Of a DNA stretch of 64,000 bases, positions 39,284 through 47,701 are shown one piece after another (the first letter of the stretch is position 1; every line of letters starts with the position of its first letter). The notes under the pieces are model-generated. The model ran no database searches. It was not told where the DNA came from and saw only the letters and a program-made list of their open reading frames with translations. The translations under genes were made by a program, and so were the position numbers. Source of the DNA: a virus (lineage: Duplodnaviria; Caudoviricetes). The DNA lies in IMG/VR virus record IMGVR_UViG_3300023174_000037; one strand, given 5' to 3'.

Positions 39284-41087
39284 GTTTGACGTATTTTATT
39301 CTGGAATTAAACCTAATCTATTTGCTCATGAGCAACAGGCAGATAGTATTGATCATGCTAGGGAGTTAAGCGGTACTAGATACTTCTGGTGGATAAACTA
39401 TTTAACTGACTACACAAAGTTTGATTTTTTATATGAACCTGTGCCCTGGGAAAGTCATCAACGTCATGCCTGGCCTAGTCAGTGGCAAAAGGATGCAGAG
39501 ACTTATCTAGTTCCTAAGCAAGGCTATTCAGAAACCAACTACAAGACTGGCCCTATCTTAATACGGCAACAGGATCGAACCAATTGGACTATTCCTGAAA
39601 CATTTGACCCAGATTCTTTTGATTTCTCCTGGCACCCAGATGCTACAGAACCAGGATACATATATCAATTTGGCACACAACATCAACGCACAGGCGGTCC
39701 ACAATATCGTGTAGCAGGCGCAACAGATTTAAAGTTTTGCGATCAAGTGCGTGGTAGCGTCAAGTCAGGTGCTACACCTATAGTTGAAATTAACCATATG
39801 GATGGTAACGCCGGGCAAGTAGCCGGAACAGTTGCTACTGTTAGATACTTTGACAACTATAAAGATATCTTAACTAGAATTGCTAATACCAGTGAACATG
39901 AGTATTTGTGGATCATTAGTAGCTGTTGTGACTACAGCAAGTTTGACTTCAGTTGGCATCCAGAGCTATGGCAAAATACTATGTTACATGTATTTGCATC
40001 AAGTGGAGAAAAGTTCGGTGATACATTCTATATGCATGTGCCTAGTTTTAAGAAACGCATAGGGCAATTTGAACTATTAGATTGGTATGATGTAAACTTT
40101 GTGGGTCCCGGAGTTCCACGTAGGCCCGTGCCTGTTATACAACACACGTATGATACACATGTAGAAGCAATTAAAACAATTGATTGGTCTGGTCCGCTAG
40201 CTGTGTTTAGCACAGATGATCAAGTAGGAGAAATACCCACTGTTCCGCTGTGGAGAGAAAAAACCAAGACCATTGTTCCATTAAGTGCTGGCGCCAGCAA
40301 GGTCATTGTGCCTAAAACCGCAGTTCCTTATATCAAACGTCAGGCATATGACTATCCCTACATAGATCGCACACAGCGTCATATGTATACAGATGAACCA
40401 TTGGACATTGTGTTTATTGACAACGGTGAACCCAATGCCGAACGCAATTACCAACACATGGGAGAAGTGGTCAGTCTGACTTGGCGTAATCGCATACATC
40501 GCAGCAGTAGAGTTAATGGGCGTGTAGCGGCCTATCAAGCTGCCGCTAAATTAAGTCAGACACCTTGGTTCTTTGCTGTATTTGCTAAGTTGCGTGTAAA
40601 CAAAGAATTTAATTGGTCGTGGCAACCAGACCGCTTACAAGAACCCAAACACTATATCTTTCACGCACTCAATCCCATTAACGGATTAACATACGGTCAC
40701 CAGGCCATGATTGCTTACAACAAGGAATTGGTCCTAAACAACCCAGGTATTGGATTAGACTTTACCTTAGATAGTGAACATGAAGTAGTTCCTATCTTAA
40801 GTGGAACAGCTGAATATGTCGATAGTGCCTGGTCAGCTTGGCGCACAGCATTCCGCGAAGTATTAAAGTTGAAAGGCAATACCGACGTTGAAAGCGAATA
40901 TAGACTTAATCGTTGGTGCGTTAATGGCGAAGGAGCCAACGCCCAATGGAGCAGTTTAGGCGCACAAGATGCTGTGGAATACTATGATGCAGTTGGTGGG
41001 GATTTTACCGAACTCAAGAAGAGCTATGACTGGGCTTGGTTGGCTAGCTATGCTTTGCTGAAGCGCAATCTAACACAGCATCAATAA
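39282..41087 (+). CDS. Multidomain glycosyltransferase-like protein (601 aa) with FDFSWHP-type repeats
   Basis: FDFLYEP, FDFSWHP (x2), FNWSWQP repeats; C-terminal domain shares 'AWRTAFREVLK' with 22126..23058. Lone + strand gene in a - strand block. Confidence 0.65.
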   Translation: MFDVFYSGIKPNLFAHEQQADSIDHARELSGTRYFWWINYLTDYTKFDFLYEPVPWESHQRHAWPSQWQKDAETYLVPKQGYSETNYKTGPILIRQQDRTNWTIPETFDPDSFDFSWHPDATEPGYIYQFGTQHQRTGGPQYRVAGATDLKFCDQVRGSVKSGATPIVEINHMDGNAGQVAGTVATVRYFDNYKDILTRIANTSEHEYLWIISSCCDYSKFDFSWHPELWQNTMLHVFASSGEKFGDTFYMHVPSFKKRIGQFELLDWYDVNFVGPGVPRRPVPVIQHTYDTHVEAIKTIDWSGPLAVFSTDDQVGEIPTVPLWREKTKTIVPLSAGASKVIVPKTAVPYIKRQAYDYPYIDRTQRHMYTDEPLDIVFIDNGEPNAERNYQHMGEVVSLTWRNRIHRSSRVNGRVAAYQAAAKLSQTPWFFAVFAKLRVNKEFNWSWQPDRLQEPKHYIFHALNPINGLTYGHQAMIAYNKELVLNNPGIGLDFTLDSEHEVVPILSGTAEYVDSAWSAWRTAFREVLKLKGNTDVESEYRLNRWCVNGEGANAQWSSLGAQDAVEYYDAVGGDFTELKKSYDWAWLASYALLKRNLTQHQ

Positions 41088-42129
41088 CGTATTCAACTTC
41101 TAAGTCACTAAGCTCTGGATAGATAGGCAAACTTAATACTCTACGAGCCATAGCACTGGCAACACTTAAAATATCTGGTCCTGTATAATCCGCATAAGCA
41201 GGCAACTCGTGCAATGGTTCTTTGTAATGAATTTTGGTTTCAATACCTTTGATGGCCAAGTTGTGAGCAAGCGTATCTCTGCTGTCTACATCAATCACAA
41301 ACTTGTGAAAACAATGCGTTTCAAAGTTGCCAGCATCAATTAAACATCTGATGCCCGATTTGTGTAAACGTTCCATCCAGTATCGTGCAATGGTTTTTCG
41401 GCGCAATTGCCAGGCATCTATGTAGCGTGTTTTGACCAACATTTGCGCTGACTCTGTTTCGCTCATTCTACTGTTAGTGCCTATACTGGTATGCTTGGGT
41501 TTACCGTTGTTGGTCCACTCACGTGCAAACTCCAGCAGGTCTATGTCATCAGTTACAACAGCACCGCCATTGCCATAGGCATTCAAGTTCTTCATTGGAT
41601 CAAAACTCAATGCAGTAGCATTGCCAACGCGAGTGTAATTATTGCTTAACCAGTGTTGAGCACCATCTTCGATTATCAAGTCTGTGGCCCAAAAGCGATC
41701 AGCATTGACTGCCGCACCATACAAGCCAACCAACACAGTGGCCTGCACACTTAGGTCATGTGGTATTTTTTCTTTATCTAGCAAGCCGTGATAGTCAGTA
41801 TCGCCAATATACACTTTCCAACCAGCACGTATAAATGCATTGGCGGTGGCCACGTAGGTCATTGCAGGAACAACTACAGTGGGTGGAACCACACTGGTTT
41901 GTAGTCTATAAAACTCAGCAATTATTTCTAGTGCCTGACTACCTGAATGGCAAGTTACAGCATATTTGCTGTGATTCTTTTGGGCTAACCAGTTTTCAAA
42001 TTCAGCAGTATAGTTACCTGCCATGAGTTGGCCACTACGTAACACCTCGTCGGTCACGTCCAGGATTTCTGTGCGAAGCGTGTTATACTGTTTTTTGAGA
42101 CCAGTAAACGGAATCTTTAAGCCATTCAT
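41044..42129 (-). CDS. DegT/DnrJ/EryC1/StrS PLP-dependent sugar aminotransferase
   Basis: 'IEDGAQ', 'SFDPMKNLNAYGNGGAV' (PLP Lys), 'VLSLPIYPEL'. Confidence 0.92.
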   Translation of the reverse strand: MNGLKIPFTGLKKQYNTLRTEILDVTDEVLRSGQLMAGNYTAEFENWLAQKNHSKYAVTCHSGSQALEIIAEFYRLQTSVVPPTVVVPAMTYVATANAFIRAGWKVYIGDTDYHGLLDKEKIPHDLSVQATVLVGLYGAAVNADRFWATDLIIEDGAQHWLSNNYTRVGNATALSFDPMKNLNAYGNGGAVVTDDIDLLEFAREWTNNGKPKHTSIGTNSRMSETESAQMLVKTRYIDAWQLRRKTIARYWMERLHKSGIRCLIDAGNFETHCFHKFVIDVDSRDTLAHNLAIKGIETKIHYKEPLHELPAYADYTGPDILSVASAMARRVLSLPIYPELSDLEVEYVIDAVLDCASAKHS

Positions 42130-43051
42130 AATATATTTGAAATCCTTCGTCTATATCAACTTTAGGATCAAACCCTAAGTCTTGTCGTGCTGCGTTGATG
42201 TTTAATGCTCCGCGACTAGGAAAGTCTACATCTTTGTCACGAATCTCTATGGTACCTTTACCTACAATTTGAACGGCTAATCGAGCAGCCTCGAGCAAGG
42301 TTTTTGAATGACTTTTTGTAATGTTATATGTCTTGTTAATATGTTTGCTTAGTGTAGCCGCAACAATACCATCTGCGGCATCATCAACATAGGTAAAGTC
42401 CAAAGTTTCATTTGCGCCGTTTACTTTGATAGCGCCGCCGCGCATGGCAGTAAGAATAAATTTGCTAATAACACGGTCTTCAACATCCAGCGGACCATAC
42501 ACAGCACTGGGTCGAATAATCATGTAACTCATTCCGGTCCTACGGGCATAGTCTTTGACCAACCATTCTCCGGCCAGTTTCATAATACCATACTGTCCTT
42601 GTGGGCAACATACAGCATCTTCGGTGACATCATTGTCGAAGTCACCGTAAACCATTGAACTACTGATATAGACAAATTTTCTTACACTATGTTTTTTAGC
42701 GGCTTCGAGTAGGTTAAGTAGTCCTTCACTCATGGTTTGACTACCGCGCTGTGGATTTACATTGACTACTTTTTGTCTAGGAAAGCTGGCCAGATGTAAC
42801 ACAGTGTCTGGTTTATAGGTTTGCATTAACCAATCAATACCATCTTGATCTGCAATGTCAACTGCATGAATTCGAGTTGTTGCAATCTTTTTACGTCGTT
42901 CCTCTAACAAATAATCCAATTCCTCTTGTGGAACCATTCCGTAGTTGGTCTTTATATCTGTTATAAAGACTTCGTGTCCTAGCGATTCAAGACGCTGAAC
43001 AATGTTGTGTCCAATGAGACCTAGGCCTCCAGTTACTAAGATTTTTGCCAT
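42083..43051 (-). CDS. NAD-dependent NDP-sugar epimerase/dehydratase (extended SDR)
   Basis: 'ILVTGGLGLIG', 'SSSMVYG', 'YGIMK' YxxxK, 'DFTYVDDAA'. Confidence 0.92.
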   Translation of the reverse strand: MAKILVTGGLGLIGHNIVQRLESLGHEVFITDIKTNYGMVPQEELDYLLEERRKKIATTRIHAVDIADQDGIDWLMQTYKPDTVLHLASFPRQKVVNVNPQRGSQTMSEGLLNLLEAAKKHSVRKFVYISSSMVYGDFDNDVTEDAVCCPQGQYGIMKLAGEWLVKDYARRTGMSYMIIRPSAVYGPLDVEDRVISKFILTAMRGGAIKVNGANETLDFTYVDDAADGIVAATLSKHINKTYNITKSHSKTLLEAARLAVQIVGKGTIEIRDKDVDFPSRGALNINAARQDLGFDPKVDIDEGFQIYYEWLKDSVYWSQKTV

Positions 43052-43386
43052 TTTAATGCCCAATACGTTTGATCTTGCTCTCGAAGTCGAGCAATGATAT
43101 AATACTTGTATCCGTAAGTAGATGGATCCGTATGTCTATGCCAAAATGGTGTTTCGACCGCGTGTTCCATTACCCATTTGCCCATTTCACTTTCCTGCCA
43201 CTCGTATATAGGTTGTGCTGCATACAAGTCCGGATCTTCTACATCTCCCATAGTAAACGAGTAAACTATTACGTCAGAAAGTTTAACAACCTTATCACCG
43301 ATCAGTCGATACTCATCGGATTTAAATAGCTGATCGGCTTCAGCTGACCGATGTCTAGGATGCATTTGATTTATAGCATCAAACAT
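43036..43386 (-). CDS. Hypothetical protein; probable member of the small C-terminal 'xLK(W/F)' family
   Basis: Likely start ATG 43386; ends 'ARLREQDQTYWALKWQKS'. Confidence 0.65.
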   Translation of the reverse strand: MFDAINQMHPRHRSAEADQLFKSDEYRLIGDKVVKLSDVIVYSFTMGDVEDPDLYAAQPIYEWQESEMGKWVMEHAVETPFWHRHTDPSTYGYKYYIIARLREQDQTYWALKWQKS

Positions 43387-43387
43387 A

Positions 43388-43864
43388 TTACTGTTGTCGA
43401 AGAGCTTTGAATGTTTCTGCTTCAACTACACGTTTGCGTAAACTGCTACTACTAAACGAGTGATCGCGTCCGTTAAAGATAAGTTCAATATTACGCATAT
43501 AACATTCTTCACGCCCGGTGAACTCTTTGTCTTGGTATTCAACACCCAGCACTCGTATGTCCAACGGAAGTATCAACAACAAGTCAACTAGGTCTTGCTC
43601 TGTTTGATAAACAACCACTTCGTCAACATAACGACAAGCGGCCAATTGTATTTGCCGTTCTACAATACTTTGAACTGGATGATTTTTAGTATCAGGACGA
43701 TCAATTGTTGGATCTGTTTGTAAGCCAGCAATCAAGTAATCGCAATGATTCTTTGCTTCGGCCAACATGGCAATATGCCCAGCGTGTAGCATATCAAAGG
43801 TAGAAAATGTGATGCCAATCTTCTTACCATCTTCTTTGAGTTTTCTAATGTGGTTGAATATCAT
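43388..43864 (-). CDS. Cytidylyltransferase-like protein (TagD / HxGH family)
   Basis: 'FSTFDMLHAGH', 'QSIVERQIQL', 'HSFSSSSLR'. Confidence 0.85.
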   Translation of the reverse strand: MIFNHIRKLKEDGKKIGITFSTFDMLHAGHIAMLAEAKNHCDYLIAGLQTDPTIDRPDTKNHPVQSIVERQIQLAACRYVDEVVVYQTEQDLVDLLLILPLDIRVLGVEYQDKEFTGREECYMRNIELIFNGRDHSFSSSSLRKRVVEAETFKALRQQ

Positions 43865-43870
43865 ACTACT

Positions 43871-43899
43871 ATTATAACAGGTTTATTGCGCTTTTGCAA
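43871..43899 (-). promoter_or_regulatory. Sigma70-type promoter (TTGCAA-17-TATAAT), predicted leaderless start at 43864
   Basis: -10 at 43876-43871, -35 at 43899-43894; the A of ATG is the 7th base after the -10. Confidence 0.65.
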
Positions 43900-44551
43900 C
43901 GAATTCTTTGACCATTGGGAAGATACTTTCTAATGCATCAGCACAGGCTTGGGCTACTTGTCTATGTTCTTTTTGGGTTTCGGGACCACTACGCAATTCA
44001 ATATAGTGTAACCAGCTGCGTAAGGTGCCTTGCATATACAAGCGACTGGTAGTGATACCCTCTGGCAGAATAGCACGAGCTTGTTCTTTGGCAATGCCCA
44101 GCTCAATGGCCTTGTTATAAATCATACTGATATGAGTGCTAACAAACCCTTGTTGCGCTTGCCACCACTTGTCTAACTCTGGATCATCTGTGGCCAAACT
44201 GTTCTGGCGATTCTTTGTATCTTGTAGTCGAGTTTCTTTGAACTCAAATCCAAGATCAGCCACAGCATAACGCTGACTAAACTCTTGGAAGCTGAAGCTA
44301 CGATGACGCAGGATCTGTCTAGCAATGTCACGTGTGGTTTCAATTTCTAAACAAGCTGACACCATTTCAAGTGGGCTCCAGTGTTGATGCTTGATAAGGT
44401 AACGAATCAACTTTTCACTGGTGTCTGTGTTGGTTTGGTTAGCTGGATTGCTAACCCTAGCGCAGTAAGCAACCAATTCTTGAGCATTCACAATGCCCTG
44501 GCTTGCTAATTCTGCGCTAGGTTGGCTCGACGAAACTAAGGTTACTTTCAT
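43883..44551 (-). CDS. thyX: Flavin-dependent thymidylate synthase
   Basis: ThyX motif 'RHRSFSFQEFSQRY'; 'HWSPLE'; 'KEQARAILP'. Confidence 0.95.
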   Translation of the reverse strand: MKVTLVSSSQPSAELASQGIVNAQELVAYCARVSNPANQTNTDTSEKLIRYLIKHQHWSPLEMVSACLEIETTRDIARQILRHRSFSFQEFSQRYAVADLGFEFKETRLQDTKNRQNSLATDDPELDKWWQAQQGFVSTHISMIYNKAIELGIAKEQARAILPEGITTSRLYMQGTLRSWLHYIELRSGPETQKEHRQVAQACADALESIFPMVKEFVAKAQ

Positions 44552-45678
44552 AATTGATAATCTTTACATTGTGCGGTCAATAACTCTTCAAGAGTTTTAC
44601 TGTAAAATAAATCCAAATTGGCCTGTCTACGTGCTGTTGTGTCATGAAAAATTTGGGCAAGATCTAATGACATAAGTTGATCTATTACTTGATGAATCAT
44701 ATCTATTCTTTTATTTAAGTTTGTTTCGTTATCATATAAATGATTGTGCATTATGTCATCAAACACATCAAACCCAATTAGTCTAAGAAAATTAACTGCT
44801 CCAGGATTTGATAACCACAGGCCCAGTTGTCCTGCCATGATAGGTTTCCAGGTTTTCTCGGTGACTGTAATTGTATTGTTTAATGTAGACGTTTCTGTTG
44901 CATAATTGACATAGCTGTTGGTGTAAGCTGGATGCGTAATTGCATGAGCATTAGGTTGATCATTCATTTGAGATGGTAATGTGGTTCTTAACAATTCAAA
45001 CTTTCTTATAATATCATCATTCCACCACTCTTTTGGTGTTGACTGGTTCTCTATTGTTTTGTTCCATTGATTGTGCATAGTAAACAACAACTGATCAAAA
45101 TATGATTTTTCTTTTAATTTAACAAAATTTTCAACACGATGATATCTAGCCTGACTATTCAATGAAGAAATTTTATATTGACAGTGATGGTCTGTAGCAG
45201 TAGTAGAAGTTTTATAAAGATATTTTTGCATTAGATACCAAAAAGGAAAAAAACAAATATGATCTTTTGGATTTAAAAAATAAGTAACATCTCCGGACAG
45301 CACAACAAAATTATTGGTTAATTTCAATAGTTCGCTGACTACAGTTTCTTCGTAGCAATTAAATGGATCTGCCGACATGTTAACAATTAACATGCCGTCT
45401 TTAAGACGTTGATTAACAATATCTGTTTCAAGGCGCCATCTACCTTGTTTTCCTGCTGGCGCCAATCTAACAAGCGAGTTAATATGCACAGATTTTAGCA
45501 GTAATTGATTCCATGGCTGGGTTAAATCAGAATATTTTCTTGAATCAAAAATATATTTACCCAGACATGGATCTTCTTTATCTGCTAATTTAGCATCCTC
45601 ATAGATATATTGTTGTTTAGAGTTTTCCAAGCAGTTTATCAGTTTCGGGTTGAACCAGGTTAGCCACGGCTGTAACAT
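44548..45678 (-). CDS. GT-B / GT10-like glycosyltransferase (AT-rich; start may be TTG 45630)
   Basis: 'NYATETS...VTEKTWKPI...GFDVFDD'; third paralog. Confidence 0.55.
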   Translation of the reverse strand: MLQPWLTWFNPKLINCLENSKQQYIYEDAKLADKEDPCLGKYIFDSRKYSDLTQPWNQLLLKSVHINSLVRLAPAGKQGRWRLETDIVNQRLKDGMLIVNMSADPFNCYEETVVSELLKLTNNFVVLSGDVTYFLNPKDHICFFPFWYLMQKYLYKTSTTATDHHCQYKISSLNSQARYHRVENFVKLKEKSYFDQLLFTMHNQWNKTIENQSTPKEWWNDDIIRKFELLRTTLPSQMNDQPNAHAITHPAYTNSYVNYATETSTLNNTITVTEKTWKPIMAGQLGLWLSNPGAVNFLRLIGFDVFDDIMHNHLYDNETNLNKRIDMIHQVIDQLMSLDLAQIFHDTTARRQANLDLFYSKTLEELLTAQCKDYQL

Positions 45679-45919
45679 CTACTACAAAGTCAACATCTCG
45701 AATTTGATAATCGTTCTCATTGAAGTAGCGGGTGAGCATGGTTTCAACTTCTTCTAGGTCAAGACCTTGTTTAAGTAGGGTATGAACGTTGATGGTTTTC
45801 TGCTTGCCGCCGGCCAACTTGATTACAACTTTTTTAATGCACTCTAACGGTACATCAGTTTTGTTTACGTCGGCAAGAATCAGTTCCCATTGGCTTATAA
45901 AGTCATCATTGTGTTGCAT
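45617..45919 (-). CDS. Hypothetical protein (100 aa)
   Basis: Packed into the - strand operon; overlaps both neighbours. Confidence 0.7.
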   Translation of the reverse strand: MQHNDDFISQWELILADVNKTDVPLECIKKVVIKLAGGKQKTINVHTLLKQGLDLEEVETMLTRYFNENDYQIRDVDFVVDVTAVANLVQPETDKLLGKL

Positions 45920-46652
45920 CTGCCGTCACAGTCTTTGGTTTGTTAGGACCACGGGTGCGGCGCTTTGGTGCTTCAAAAGACTCAGTTTCCGGTGCAACTG
46001 CTCTGGCTGTAACAGTAGGATCCATACGTTCGGCATCCTTTTTCATACGGGCAGCTTCTGCAACCATAGCACGGGCATTGATTTCCATAGCCTTGGCCTG
46101 TGCCAGCATGTTGGCCGCAATGTCTCGATCGCTTAGTGCGCCATCTTGTCCGGCTTTGAGTGTAGGAGGTGCAACATACGCAGTGTTGGCCTTGGCAGAT
46201 TGACCTGCCTTGTATTCTGCTTCAGCTTTGCGTTTGACTTCCGGAGCAACCATGCCACGGCTGGCATCGTTCTCGGCCATCTTCTTGATAGCTTGCTCGC
46301 CTTGTTTCATTTCGTTCAACATTTTGTTTAGTTCATCTAAACGAATTTTGGCATCACCGGTTGGAGTTACAATAACATCACTGGTACGTAGTTTTTTAAT
46401 CATACGCTCTTGGTGTAAGGTTTCTAACACTGGACGGCCATCTGGAAGGTAAGCACGATGCAATGCATCTGCTAGCTCTTCGCTTTGTTGAGCAACATCG
46501 CTTTCCAACGCCTTCTGGATTGAATCTTGCCAGTGTGCGTGTAAGGTATCTGGATAGATAACCAGGCACATGTGATCTTCACCGGGTACCTGACGGAACA
46601 GGATGCAGATCTTGCGATCTCCGTGCTTGCCTACGTGTTTCATAAATGCCAT
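45906..46652 (-). CDS. Hypothetical protein (248 aa) with coiled-coil/low-complexity C-terminus
   Basis: Long ORF with a GGAG SD upstream. Confidence 0.8.
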   Translation of the reverse strand: MAFMKHVGKHGDRKICILFRQVPGEDHMCLVIYPDTLHAHWQDSIQKALESDVAQQSEELADALHRAYLPDGRPVLETLHQERMIKKLRTSDVIVTPTGDAKIRLDELNKMLNEMKQGEQAIKKMAENDASRGMVAPEVKRKAEAEYKAGQSAKANTAYVAPPTLKAGQDGALSDRDIAANMLAQAKAMEINARAMVAEAARMKKDAERMDPTVTARAVAPETESFEAPKRRTRGPNKPKTVTADATQ

Positions 46653-46653
46653 A

Positions 46654-46863
46654 TTATTCTCCTTGGGTTTCGCCGGCTACAGCGTTTGATGCTTCTTGGG
46701 CTTTCGCCTGCTCGATTACTGCTTCTAAAAATACAGTGAGCTTGTCATAAACAGTGCCCACCATACTGAGTTCTTCGCCACGGAATGCACCACGCGAAGC
46801 AGCTAAGTTAATAATGTTCTTGATTGTGTCAAGATCAGAGATTGTAATTGTGTTGTTTTCCAT
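46654..46863 (-). CDS. Hypothetical protein (69 aa)
   Basis: MENNTITISDL...ASRGAFRGEEL; ATG 46863 lies 5 nt after TAAATA. Confidence 0.7.
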   Translation of the reverse strand: MENNTITISDLDTIKNIINLAASRGAFRGEELSMVGTVYDKLTVFLEAVIEQAKAQEASNAVAGETQGE

Positions 46864-46868
46864 ATAGA

Positions 46869-46874
46869 TATTTA
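46869..46874 (-). promoter_or_regulatory. T4-like late promoter core (TAAATA)
   Basis: Lies downstream of the terminator at 46911 and just before ATG 46863. Confidence 0.45.
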
Positions 46875-46910
46875 CGACTAATCTATGCCGTTGATTTATT
46901 TTCTCAAACA

Positions 46911-46936
46911 AAAACACCCCGGTTTAGGGGTGTTTT
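46911..46936 (-). terminator. Intrinsic terminator (possibly bidirectional)
   Basis: AAAACACCCC-N6-GGGGTGTTTT, a perfect 10-bp stem, followed by TGTTT on the - strand. Confidence 0.8.
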
Positions 46937-46953
46937 GGCTAAACTGACACTGA

Positions 46954-47076
46954 CTAACCTTTTAAAAATCCCCATAGCCAACCAGAACAATCCAGCAACC
47001 ACATACGCATACGCCATCTGACGCTGCTACCACGTTCTTGTGCTTTTTTAAATCTCAGTTGATATATCGGATGCAT
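46954..47076 (-). CDS. Possible 40-aa basic/Trp-rich peptide
   Basis: MHPIYQLRFKKAQERGSSVRWRMRMWLLDCSGWLWGFLKG*; fills the space before the terminator. Confidence 0.4.
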   Translation of the reverse strand: MHPIYQLRFKKAQERGSSVRWRMRMWLLDCSGWLWGFLKG

Positions 47077-47308
47077 TGATCTTTGCCTCATCAAGTGGGT
47101 GCATTTCACCTGGTGTTCTGTTGGTGTAGAACTTTTCGTCAGGCACAGCGACAACCATTATTTCATCCATGGTGTTGCAATATGGATCAAATGGATTGGA
47201 ATGTTTGACAATTGCACACTTGGTTTCATCACCTTGATCAAACCGTTCCAGCTTGCTGAGCAAAGTAAGCAGGTTTCTTTTAGACAAATAAATTCGTTCA
47301 TCGGTCAT
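47048..47308 (-). CDS. Hypothetical protein (86 aa)
   Basis: ATGA coupling and an AGGA SD. Confidence 0.7.
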   Translation of the reverse strand: MTDERIYLSKRNLLTLLSKLERFDQGDETKCAIVKHSNPFDPYCNTMDEIMVVAVPDEKFYTNRTPGEMHPLDEAKINASDISTEI

Positions 47309-47547
47309 GTTCTCAATCCTTTAATTTCATTGTAGCTGACTCTGATATAGTTGTGCCACTCTGTGCCAATTTTCATAGGCAAGTCTAAATGAACACTGAC
47401 ACGAACACCTTCTAGTTCGTTACGCATGTTATCAGTGTAAGCCGTGCCCACATATGGAATCTTCATATATGTTCCTTCGACTCTGTCTCCAAACTTGTAT
47501 CTAGGCGTGGGACGATTGGCTTCAAAGTATTCTGCTAGGCTACTCAT
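47305..47547 (-). CDS. Hypothetical protein (80 aa, SH3/KOW-like 'YKFGDRVEG')
   Basis: Likely start ATG 47547, just after the stop of 47549..47701. Confidence 0.65.
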   Translation of the reverse strand: MSSLAEYFEANRPTPRYKFGDRVEGTYMKIPYVGTAYTDNMRNELEGVRVSVHLDLPMKIGTEWHNYIRVSYNEIKGLRT

Positions 47548-47548
47548 T

Positions 47549-47701
47549 TTAATTGTAATCCTTAGGTAAACAAATATGATTTTTCTTTGTGCCTTGTGCA
47601 TTAATGCACTGTTGTTTGGTACGGTGTTCACTGACCACTTCCACGTTGGGATTAGGTAGCGGACCCGGTACAAGAATTAAAACCAACACCCAATCGTACA
47701 T
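47549..47701 (-). CDS. 50-aa protein with N-terminal hydrophobic segment (not in ORF track)
   Basis: MYDWVLVLILVPGPLPNPNVEVVSEHRTKQQCINAQGTKKNHICLPKDYN*; TGATG coupling to the gmhD-like gene. Confidence 0.55.
   Translation of the reverse strand: MYDWVLVLILVPGPLPNPNVEVVSEHRTKQQCINAQGTKKNHICLPKDYN

Noticed and set aside
46954-47154. 66-aa long form of the track ORF
   Set aside because: Overlaps 47048..47308 by over 100 nt; only the 40-aa form from ATG 47076 is kept, at low confidence.
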